Source: the human T2T-CHM13v2.0 reference genome, Homo sapiens. Taken from it: 64,000 nt of DNA. Positions 48,651 through 64,000 of this stretch are shown piece by piece (the first letter of the stretch is position 1; each line of letters begins with the position of its first letter). The stretch is taken from assembly GCF_009914755.1 (NCBI RefSeq), contig NC_060926.1. One strand, given 5' to 3'. The notes beneath the pieces are model-generated. The model worked only from the letters and a program-made list of their open reading frames with translations, was not told the DNA's origin and made no database searches. The translations under genes were made by a program, and so were the position numbers.

Positions 48651-49675
48651 GAGGTTCCAAGATGGCCCAATAGGAACAGCTCCAGTCTATAGCTCCCAGC
48701 ATGAGGGACAGAGAAGACAGGTGATTTCTGCATTTCTAACTGAGGTACCAGGTTCATCTCACTGGAGTTTGTCAGACAGTGGGTGCAGGACAGTGGGCAC
48801 AGCCCACGGAGCGTGAGCCAAAGCAGGGCGAGGCATCGCCTCACCCAGGAAGCACAAGAGGTCAGGGAATTCCCTTTCCTAGCCAAGGGAAGCTGTGACA
48901 GACGGCACCTGGAAAATCGGTCACTCCTACCCTAATACTGTGCTTTTCCAATGGTCTTAGCAAACGGCACACCAGGAGATTATATCCTGCACCTGGCTCA
49001 GAGGGTCCCACGCCCATGGACCCTCACTCATTGCTAGCACAGCAGTCTGAGATCGAACTGCAAGGCAGCAGCGAGGCTGGGAGAGGGGCGCCCACCATTG
49101 CTGAGGCTTGAGTAGGTAAACAAAGCAGCCAGGAAGCTTGAACTGGGTGGATCCCACTGCAGCTCAAGGAGGCCTGTCTGCCTCTGTAGACCCCACCTCT
49201 GGGGGCAGGGCATAGCTGAACAAAAGGCAGCAGAAATTTCTGCAGCCTTAAACGTCCTTGTCTGACAGCTTTGAAGAGAGTAGTCTTCAAAGACTCCCAG
49301 CACGGACTCTGAGATGTGAGAACGGACAGACTGCCGCCTTGAGTGGGTCCCTGACTCCTGAGTAGCCTAACTGGGAGACACCTCCCAGTAGGGGCCAACT
49401 GACACCTCATATGGCCGGGTGTCCCTCTGAGATGAAGCTTCCAGAGGAACAGTCAGACAGCAACATTTGCTGTTCTGCAATATTTGCTGTTCTACAGCCT
49501 CCGCTGGTGATACCCAGGCAAACAGGGTCTGGAGTGGACCTCCAGCAAACTTCAACAGACCTGCAGCTGAGGGTCCTGACTGTTAGAAGGAAAACTAACA
49601 AACAGAAAGGACATCCACACCAAAACCCCATCTGTACATCACCATCAAAGACCAAAGGTAGATAAAACCACAAAG

Positions 49676-50693
49676 ATGGGGAGAAACCAGAGCAGAATAG
49701 CTGAAAATTCTAAAAACCAGAGCACCTCTCCTCCTCCAAAGGAACACATCTCCTCACCAGCAACAGAACAAAGCTGGATGGAGAAGGACTTTGACGAGTT
49801 GACAGAAGGCTTCAGAGTATTGGTAATAAACTTCTCTGAGCTAGAGGAGGATGTCGGAACCCATCACAAAGAAGCTAAAAACCTTGAAAAAAGATTAGAT
49901 GAATGGCTAACTAGAATAAACAGTGTAGAGAAGACCTTAAATGACCTGATGGAGCTGAAAACCATGACACAAGAACTACGTGACGCATACACAAGCTTCA
50001 GTAGCTGATTCGATCAACTGGAAGAAAGGGTATCAGTGACTGAAGATCAAATGAATGAAATGAAGTTAGAAGGGAAGTTTAGAGAAAAAAGAGTAAAAAC
50101 AAACAAACAAAGCCTCCAAGAAATATGGGACTATGTGAAAAGACCAAATCAACGTCTGATTGGTGTACCTGAAAGTGACGGGGAGAATGGAACCAAGTTG
50201 GAAAACACTCTGCAGGATATTATCCAGGAGAACTTCCCCAACCTAGCAAGGCATGCCAACATTCAAATTCAGGAAATACAGAGAATGCCATAAAGATACT
50301 CCTCAAGAAGAGCAACTCCAAGACACATAATTATCAGATTCACCAAAGTTGAAATGAAGGAAAAAATGTTAGGGCAGCCAGAGTGAAAGGTTGGGTTACC
50401 CCCAAAGGGAAGCCCATTGGACTAACAGCGGATCTCTCAGCAGAAACTCTACAAGCCAGAAGAGAGTGGGGGCCAATATTCAACATTCTTAGAGAAAAGA
50501 AGGTTCAACCCAGAATTTCATATCCAGCCAAACTAAGCTTCATAAGTGAAGGAAAAATAAAATCTTTACAGACAAACAAATGCTGAGAGATTTTGTCACC
50601 ATCAGGCCTGCCTTACAAGAGCTCCTGAAGGAAGCACTAAATATGGAAAGGAACAACCGGTGCCAGCCACTGCAAAAACATGCCAAATTGTAA
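49676..50693 (+). pseudogene. L1 ORF1 (stops and frameshifts)
   Basis: MGRNQSR..., LQEIWDYVKRPN, RISYPAKLSF split across three track ORFs. Confidence 0.93.
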
Positions 50694-50741
50694 AGACCAT
50701 CGATGCTAGGAAGAAACTGCATCAACTAATGAGCAAAATAA

Positions 50742-54493
<3,752 letters not shown>

Positions 54494-54721
54494 ACAATGA
54501 TAACACTTGGACACAGGATGGGGAACATCACACACCGGGGCCTGTCCTGGGGTGGGGGGAGGGGGGAGGGATAGCATTAGGAGATATACCTAATGTAAAT
54601 GACGAGTTAATGGGTGCAGCACACCAACATGGCAGATGTATACATACGTAACAAACCTGCACGTTGTACACATGTTCCCTAGAACTTAAAGTATAATAGT
54701 AATAATAATAATAATAAAAAG

Positions 54722-55120
54722 AAGAGTCTCCATTCCTCCTCCTGAGGAACCGTAAGGGCCATGATGACTCCCGTTCCAGGTAACTTTAGCTGTAAAGAGC
54801 TGTGCTTTGTAAAAGAGATGGTGGCTCTCAGTTTGCTAAGTAGGTCCCTTCCTAGCAAAGGCAAGGGGCAGTCAGGCATGTACAGGAACCGGTGAATCAC
54901 TTCATGCCCCCACTATGGTACAGGTCCGGGGCTAACAGAAAGCTTGCTTTGCCGAAACCCCTGTGGCTCCAATTATATCAATAGTCTTTTTGGATAAGGG
55001 GGTGACGGGGTGGCCATTACTGAATGTTAAGCACCAGTATCGACTAGGAACTCAATGTCCTTGCCCCCGGACTGTCATCCTGACCATGGGCTCTTTGGGG
55101 GCACATGAACCTGGTCCCCC
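54722..55120 (-). pseudogene. pro: ERV protease remnant
   Basis: FLVDTGA (DTGA at 55030-55041) followed by a stop; PLLGRDLL; ends QEEEWRLF at the L1 junction. Confidence 0.85.
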
Positions 55121-56657
55121 TCCATCCAGTAACCCTTCTGCCAGATTGAACAAGGCTCCTTCATCCTTGCCTTAGGCCTCATGCTCAGAGTCACCTTGTT
55201 TCCCTTTCAACTGGGGGCACTTGTCCTTCCAATGTCCTTTACAGTAAGCACACTGATTACGCTGCAAGCGTAGATGGCCAGACTGGGTATTTTTCTTGGG
55301 GCCCCCTTCTCTCGCCCTTTGGAGGGACCCCTCTAATAGCTGCAGCTAGCAGGTCGGTGTTTCGCCGGGCTTGCTGTTTGCTCTCTGCAGTTCTCTCTGC
55401 GGCTTACTGCAGCTCTATTTACAAACACCTGGTTGGCTATCTCCAATAACTGTGACGTATTCATGCCTGCAAACCCAGCCTGTTTCTGCAATTTTCTTCT
55501 AATGTCTTCTGTACTTTGACTAAAGCCATGTTAATCATATGCTGATTTTCAGGGCTATTGGGATCAAAGGGAGTATACATACGATAGGCCTTACGTAGAA
55601 TAGTCTCTTGTAGAATTGTGCCAGGCTCTCATCTTTCCCTTAAGTGACCTCAGAGACTTTGTTAACATTTGTGGCCTTCTGAGCTCCCTTCTTTAACCCT
55701 TCCAGAAGGGCTTCCCTGTACCGGTTTAGCCTTTGCATACCCTTTCATTTGGGTCCCACTGGGGGTCTGTTCCTGGTAATTGGATCCTCACATACTCTTG
55801 GGGGTTTTGGCAATCAGCTGGAACATGTTCTTCCAGCCACTTAGTTGCTGCTTGGAGCACTCTCCTCCTTTCATCTGTGTTAAAGAGGTACATAAGCAAC
55901 CGGTGGCAATCAGCCCAGGTGGGGTTGTGGGTCTGGATAATAGTTTGGAGCAAATCAATTATAGCTTGAGGCTTTTCGGTATAGGATGGGGTATTGTTTT
56001 TCCAATTGAGGAGATTGGTAGAGGTGAAGGGCTGGTACACAAAGGCATGCCTTTCCACCATATGCCCGTCCTCATCTACCCTAGTATACCATTGCTCTCT
56101 CAGAGGCATTTGTATCCCAGTTCTAGGCCTCAAACGGGCTGCCAAGGGAGGGGTTTCTCCCGAGGTCTCGCATCCTTTCTTTTCTACTCTGGGTGGCCTA
56201 GGGGTATATAGGCCTTGTGGAGGCCTTCCTTCTTGATGAAAGGGTGGGGGGGCACTAGCATTGTTTCTCTTATGTTGGGTCGGACAGAACTTTAGGAGCC
56301 TACTCCCTTCAGTGGGTGGAGCGGAATTCTTCCTTGGCTGTCTGTCCCTTTGCCACTAGTACTTCTACGTCTGTCCTCTTAACCACGGTGCAGGGGTCTA
56401 AAACCAGCTGTAACCAAGTGTCTATGTACAGAAACTGGTCTAGGTATCCTTTACCAGTTACCTTGTGCCACACCTTTGAAACAAGGGAGCTGTCTAGACT
56501 TCCTTCTGATGGCCAACCCACTTCTAATGCCGGCCACTCTATCTCACACAAAGTTTTCCTGGTGTCATAGTAACTCCATAGTCTCCACTAAATCCTTCCT
56601 TGAAATTTTCCAACATAGTTCCTAGCGGAGTGGGCGCTTACTTTGCGTTGCACCCAT
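55120..56657 (-). pseudogene. gag: gag remnant
   Basis: ATG GGT GCA ACG CAA AGT at 56657; MA (WPSEGSLD), CA (YQPFTSTNLLNWKNNTPSYTEKPQ), damaged CCHC knuckle near 55215-55256. Confidence 0.9.
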
Positions 56658-57259
56658 CTTCCTCCCGAGACAAAACAACACTCCCACCACAAGAAGGAAA
56701 GGGTAAAGGGGTCACTCACTTGTCTCGCCCATCTTAAACTCAAGCACTCACTCACTTTCACTTTCCTTTTTGCAAACGAGTCAAGCCAAATCAAAATCAA
56801 TACTGAGACCAAAGTGCTGATAAGGGCACACCGTGGTTGATCAGGCCTCGCTTCCATTCAAATGGAGTGGGCAAATTCCCAGAACCAGCCTGTTAAGCAA
56901 TTCAAACCAAGTCAAGAATCAAAACCAAAACCAAAGTGCCGACAAAGGTGGGCTGTGGGTGATCAGGCCACGCTTCCACTCAAATCGAGTGGGCAAGTTC
57001 CCAGGACCGGGCCTACCGTATTCCAGATGTCCAGACTCCAAGCGCCAGTTCCTTCCCGGTGTTCGGCTGCTGCATTGATCCTCCGCGGGGGCCTGCAGTG
57101 CACTGCTCTGACGAGGCGTTCCACCGAGGCAAATGCCTACCCTGGAGCGCTCTCAGGATCCGCATCGCTCAAGCTGGCCGGAGTCCCCCGTAGGAATACT
57201 TCCCAGGGCAAGCCTAAGCTGCCTAAGGGGCTGCCTCGACCGTCCATCAACCACCTCTC

Positions 57260-57277
57260 TTCCTGGTCAGGGAACCA
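57260..57277 (-). other. Primer-binding site for tRNA-Glu
   Basis: TGGTTCCCTGACCAGGAA; one mismatch to the complement of the tRNA-Glu 3' end (TGGTTCCCTGACCGGGAA); 5 nt from the LTR. Confidence 0.9.
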
Positions 57278-57282
57278 AGAAA

Positions 57283-57652
57283 TGAAGCAGGACAGCCGCG
57301 GACAAAACCCCTCAGACACCCGGCTACGAAGGATTTGGCTTTATTGGGCTGTGAGCCTCGGCAGACTCGCGTCTCAACGGCGGGGAGTTTTGGCAGACTC
57401 GCGTCTCAAGAACCCAGCTCCAGGAAGCCAGAGTTTTAAGGCCTTACAACTCTAAGGGGTTCCATGTGAAAGGGTCGTGATAGATTGAGAGCACATGCGG
57501 TTAGAGTCGGGGGTTAATCTTTTAACCTCAGGCCTGGTCATCAGTGGCACTGGCTGGTCTTGCCACTGACTTCATTCCTGTTGTTTTTCAACTTTTACTT
57601 CCTCCTTCTCTTCAGAGACAGGAGACAGTAAGAGAAATGGCCTCTCTCCTCA
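57283..57652 (-). repeat. 5' LTR
   Basis: Direct repeat of 45039-45421, adjacent to the PBS. Confidence 0.93.
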
Positions 57653-57782
57653 TTATGACGTGTAAATATTGCCCAACTTTCTACAAGGGACCCTTCTTCT
57701 GGCCCTTCACTGACTCATTAATCCTAAAGGAGGAAAACCCATAATAATTGCTTATTTCTTTCATAGCACTCAGAAAAATCAA

Positions 57783-58077
57783 GGCCAGGCGCAGAGGCTC
57801 GTGCCTGTAATCCCAGCACTTTGGGAGGCCAAGGCAGGTAGATCGCTTGAGCCCAAGAGTTCAAGACCATCCTGGGCAACACAGTGAGACCCTGTCTTTA
57901 CAAAAAATACAAAAATTAGCTGGGTGTGATGGTGCGTGCCTGTGTTCCCAGCTACTAAGGATGGTGAGGTGGGAGGATCGCTGGAGCCCAGGAGGCGGGG
58001 ATTGCAGTGAGCCAAGCTCATACCACTGTACTCCAGCCTAGGTGACAGAGTGAGACTCTATCTCAAGAAAAAAAAAA
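57783..58077 (+). mobile_element. AluJ-like
   Basis: Full dimer; TSD GAAAAATCAA. Confidence 0.93.
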
Positions 58078-58113
58078 CTTAATGAAAAATCAATAAATTA
58101 GTTGGCTCAATGA

Positions 58114-58452
<339 letters not shown>

Positions 58453-59622
58453 TAGTCAAAGGCTCTTACGGAAAAGGCTTGTTGCAAGACTGGCGGATGA
58501 CATGCTAATGCTAGTGTCCTCCTAGAAGATGCACACTTGGCACCATATAGGTCAGTTCCAACCAGAAGTTGATTTCTGGACCCCAGGGGCACTTGTGTTT
58601 AGTAGCTTTCTCTATGAAGCCCAGTAACTATGTCCACTGTTATGTAAATCTCTTCCAAACTTTGGGTTCAGTGACTTCACATTGGTAGCCTGAAACTGGC
58701 CATGCGATGAGTTATTTACACCACAGGAATTGGCAAACACCATAAATCAGCTCATCACTGCATTGAATTCCTCGAGTTGAGGTGGTGTCTATAAGTTCAG
58801 TCTCACACCACAAGCTGAGGGGCACTCACTGGGTCAGCAGAGATATTTGAGCCTTTAAGGAGTTATAGCACCAGGGGCATTTGCCCCTGCTCTGCTGGAC
58901 ACACGTCCTTGCAACAGTGTCCATTTCCATGTGGCTGTCTTTGGGTATGTCTGACCTGCTAGGAGGTTCTTCTTGCTCCTGTTTCAGCAGTCAGTCCATC
59001 TTCCAGACACTGGACAAACCTCTCCGTGGTTTCTCCGTGGCTGGAGTTAGGCTTAGAGTTGAAGCTCACAGGGGCTGAGTCAAGGTGAGAATGAAACAGA
59101 CACAAAAGCCCAACAAAAGAGGAAAACAATGCATATTTGATAACCGAAAAGGGGGCGGAGATGGGCTTTTTCTTAATTTTTGACTGAAATTATTGGCATG
59201 GTTGAATTCATAGTCTTCCTCCCCACCTCCAGCTCTCCTGGCAGAATTCTATAGCCACTAGCACAGTCTCACTTCTTTTCTCTTCAACTGTCCTTATGAG
59301 GCTTAGCACACCTTGTAATAAAGACCAGGCAAGAGAAGACCGGGGAAGGGAGAACAGAAAACCAGCTTGCCTAGGAAGCAAAGAACACCATTTGAGGAGG
59401 GAGGTGGAGGTGCTAGAGCAGCTATGGGGTACGAGAGAAGTAGATGGAGGAAGACGGGGGATTAAACGCATTGTTTTATTATTCTCTGAATAGGTAATAT
59501 ATGCACATGGTACACAATTACAGAGGTCTCCCACCTCCCCTCATCTGTGCACCCAGCAGCCCCATTTCCTCCCTAGAAATAGCCTATGCCATCAGTTCTT
59601 CACATATCTCAGGGATTCCTGA

Positions 59623-60205
<583 letters not shown>

Positions 60206-63200
60206 TTGTGGAGGTATTCACAGAAACCCTTTCAATACTCTCTCTCTCTCTCTCTGAAGTAATTTGAGTATCTGTGTCTGGCAATGGAAATGCCTCTAAG
60301 ACAGCATTAATACAGCACAATTCCTTCCTGTGGGCCTTCCCTATGCTGGACTCTTCATCTGGAATACTCTCATCCCTCACCTCCACATGTCCAAGGCCCA
60401 GTTCAATGGCCATTTCCTCCAGGAAGTCTTCCTTGGTTCTCTCCCTATACTGCAAGAAGTCTTATGCTCCTTTAAATTTCCATAGGAGTGTTTGTCTGCA
60501 TTCTTCTAAGGGTACCTGTTATTTATTAGAACAGTATATAAAAAATGGGGCTCTCTTTGCCTCAATTTTTATAATTTTTGTTAAAGAGATATCAGATCCC
60601 AAAATAAGTCTGAAGGAGACCATCAAATGTAGTATTTACGTTTCAAGATTCTTGGTCCTCCCTCCCCTGGTCAGCTTGGGGTCTATAGAATGGTTGAGGT
60701 AATTTTTGGATGATTTCTTGGGAGAGTGCTATGCTGTAAGCCTACAAGAGGAAAGGAGAAATTAAATGGAGCTGTCACTTCCATACTCCAGAGCCTAGAG
60801 AGCCTGGGTTTCAGTGGCCACTTGAGAGCTTGATGAGGGTTCTCTGTAACTGGGGGAATCCGGGGACCAGTTTCTGAGACAGTGGAAGCAGCCTGGGGCC
60901 AGGCAGAGAGAGAGGAGGAATTGCCCTCCACCAAAGGCAGAGCAAGGGGAGCGTTGTTGCTTCTTGAGGACCAGTGGAAAGTCTCCAAGGCAGCCATTGT
61001 GGGGGCATCTGAAATCCCACCCAATATAGCCGGGCTGGTAGGGGCTGTGTGGTGACCTCAGCTGAAAGGAAGTGTGAGGTGAACTTCACATTCCCATGGC
61101 TCCACATGGCAGAGTCCTGGGAATGGTGGACAAGACCCCAGTTTGGGGGATCTCTGAGGAACACCCAAAACACCCATAATCACAAGAGTCACCTTTACTC
61201 ACCTGCCATCCAGAGGACCTTGAGATTTGGAGACAAGGGCACCACCTTGTGATCTTACCCTTTCTCCTATGGGCAGGAAGCTCATTCACCTGCTGGTGGG
61301 AAAAGGAGGGGTTGGGGGAGAGAGAGTGAGAGAGAAAAGCTACCCCATCTCCCTTCTCAGGTGGCTGGGGAGATGGAAGAACATGTAATGCCACATCAAG
61401 TTCAAAGCCTTGATTATGATATAACACTGGGCATTCTCCTGAAAGGAGACAGTGGTTGTAACTCAGAGGGGCAAAGGACTATAAGACTGCTGTTTCCTAA
61501 AGGTGGCAAGACAGGGCATAGCCCTGCTGAAGTTTCATCAGGGGCAGGCAAAGTCATTCCTGTTATTGTTATGCACCATGTTTGCTTAAAGTTTCACACA
61601 CACACTGCATAAGCTTTTTCTTTCCCTCACTATGTCATGAACTCCCTGATATCCTGGCATGTAACACCTCTGTGGCCCTTTTGGTGCCTAGCATGCCTAG
61701 CACCATACCTGGCACATACAAGTCTACAGCTGATAGTTGCCCATTATTCATTGATCCTTGCTTTCAACATGTATTGAGAGCCCATGTTGGGTGGTAGCAA
61801 GAGAGCAGGAAATGAAATGCATGTGACTTGTGTTCCAGGAGCTTGCTGTCTGCAGGGGAGGTGTATGAGAAGTGTCTGCAGAGCCTCACCCCACTCCAAG
61901 GGGAGCAAATTCAAGCCCACGGGCACCAGGCAGGAGCGTGAATAAGGGAGGCAGTCTCTAACTGCGACACCTTGGGCAAGTCTAAGACGATAAACGTGTT
62001 GGCAATTCTGGCAGAACAGGGCATCCACCGTGCCCCTCGGAAGGTGGCAGCTGTTCTTTATTGCCTTCTGAGAATCCAAAACGACTGTTGCCAGATTGCC
62101 TGCTTCTCCAAAAGAGTTTGAAATCTGGAGTTGCATGTAAAATGTCACCAAAAAAAACCACATCTGTAGGTTCCTTCAGTCCAAGGGTCACGGTCCGGGG
62201 CCACTGTGCTGTTGTTGGCTCTCTCCCCCGGTGTTCCTGTTTATAAAGAGGGGGTGCCAGTCATTGTGAGCCACGTGCTGCTTCTTTAGGAATTAATTAG
62301 TCAGGGATTTGGAGCAGCTTTATACAAAGAACTTAGCTGTGTGAAAACACTCCTTGGCCCAAAGAAGAAATATTTTTAAAATCCCAACCCTAAGTGCTTA
62401 ATCTGCTAAAATGTACAACAAATAAAAATAACGCTTGGAAAAGAGCTTGCTTCCTCTTTCAGAAGAGCCCCTGTGGCCTCTACAGTCTGACTACAGGGAA
62501 GGGGCCTTTTCTGCCAGTGGTATGACAACAAGCCACAGACTTACCAAACCAAGTCAGAATTTGAAAGGAACTAGTTGACAGGTGGCATTCACTGCAGCTT
62601 TATTACCTGGAAAATAGTTGCGTCCGTTGGAGATGTAGTGACAGCTTCTAGGGCTGATCCCCCATGGTGGGGCTGTCCTTTGAGCTCCTGCTCGGACACT
62701 GCTGGGATCCAAAGGCCCAGGAGCCAGACTGTAAATGGAGCTGGAGAAGTCCTAGGAGACAACACAGCAGGCAGCCCAGGACAGTTGGCTACCTGACACA
62801 TGTCTCCATGTTCTGGGTCCTGTTCTGGGGACAGTCCCAGAGGTAGCAATCTATACAAATATAATGTATGACTGCCTTGAGGTGCAAATAAGGCCATGTT
62901 TCTCATTTTTATCATTAACTCCCATCTACCTTTATAAGCAGGAAATCTGATCATCTAAACATCCCTTTAAACCTCCTAAGAATCCTAAGCACTTGGTTCC
63001 AGGAAGTCAGTACTGTGTCTGCAGGTCTGATGGAGAGAATGGGGAAGCTCCCCTGACGATTGTTTCAGTGGCTGCCACAAGGTGTTGTTGTTGGAGACTG
63101 TTTTTGTGCAGACCTGCACACAGCTGCCCTACACTTTGGGCGGAGGCCCTTGCTGGTGCAGGCAGGTCTTTGCCAGCCCACAGTAGTGCTACATGCCTGG

Positions 63201-63394
63201 CAGTGTGAAGAAAGTGCAGGGCTGTAGGCCAGCGCTTGTTGCAGCACAAATTGGAATGGGGAGGGGCCGAGGGTGTGTCTAACCTGATTTCTCAGCTGGC
63301 CACCCTGAGATATCAGGCAGGCCACCAGAAATTCTGTTTCCATAAAGATCCCATAACTTTCTAGAAGGGCAGCAAAACTTAGACTGGCCTGCAC

Positions 63395-63630
63395 TAAGAG
63401 AAGGCAGTGGGCGTGGTTAAGAGCACAGATTTTGAAATCAGATCTACTTTGGCTCAAATTTTGACCCTTTAATAGCTGTGTGATTTGGGGCAAGTTGTTT
63501 AATGTTTCTGGGCATCAGCTTCCTTGTCTATAAAATAAGGATAAAAACACCTATTTTATAGTTTGGAGAGCTAAGCCATGTAAAAAGCTCAGCATCGCGT
63601 CTAACCATGCCAGATTCACAATGAAAATGG
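63395..63630. mobile_element. MIR
   Basis: GTGGTTAAGAGCACAGATTTTG...GCTGTGTGATTTGGGGCAAGTTG. Confidence 0.8.
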
Positions 63631-63634
63631 CCAC

Positions 63635-64000
63635 TGTTCGGGTGAAGGAAAAAACTCCACTGTTGCCCTCTGAAGATTTGCTGAAAATTCGACTCACAAA
63701 AGACAGATTCAGTGGAGGAAGAACATACACATTTATTTTATTAGAGTTAACGTGATAAGGGAGGCTTTAGGGTGAAGACCCAACCCCCCAGTGGGGTGTA
63801 GAGGCTTATATGGTCTAATTCTTTTTTTTTCTCTAACTTGCTTCAGAGGAAGATACCCTTCTTCTCAGGGGAAAGGGCGATGGGGAAGTGTGGATGATTT
63901 TAGAGGAGTAGTAAATGATGTTTAGGGGAATTCAATGGGCTTGAAGAACATACAATGGCCTGGGGCAAAGCTTGTTGGGCCCAGAGAATGGACAATGGTT
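63635..64000 (-). mobile_element. Probable ERV1 LTR running off the window end
   Basis: TG start, TTTATT (minus-strand AATAAA), CTTATAT TATA-like box on the minus strand. Confidence 0.5.

Overview
Primate (very likely human: a near-perfect AluYb8 is present) repeat-rich non-coding DNA. No host protein-coding exon can be supported; nearly all ORFs in the track are Alu, L1, ERV or low-complexity artefacts. The dominant structure is a defective HERV-E-group provirus on the minus strand (45039-57652; two LTRs, TTAT target duplication, tRNA-Glu PBS, PPT, gag/pro/pol/env remnants), split at the pro/RT boundary by a full-length L1PA element on the plus strand (48651-54721). The L1 antisense (ORF0) frame is fused in frame to the ERV reverse transcriptase. 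Three CpG-rich regions (about 17 kb, 22.4-23.2 kb and 31.2 kb) each carry a reverse-oriented CTCF-like motif, and the first is followed by a strong splice donor (candidate non-coding first exon). Other items: an orientation-switching AT-rich minisatellite, a MER58-like element holding two retroposed cellular RNAs (an mRNA 3' end and a 28S rRNA fragment), a 425-bp local templated duplication, and nested Alu/LTR/L1 stacks. Repeat subfamily names come from my recall of consensus sequences, not a database search, and boundaries of old repeats are approximate.
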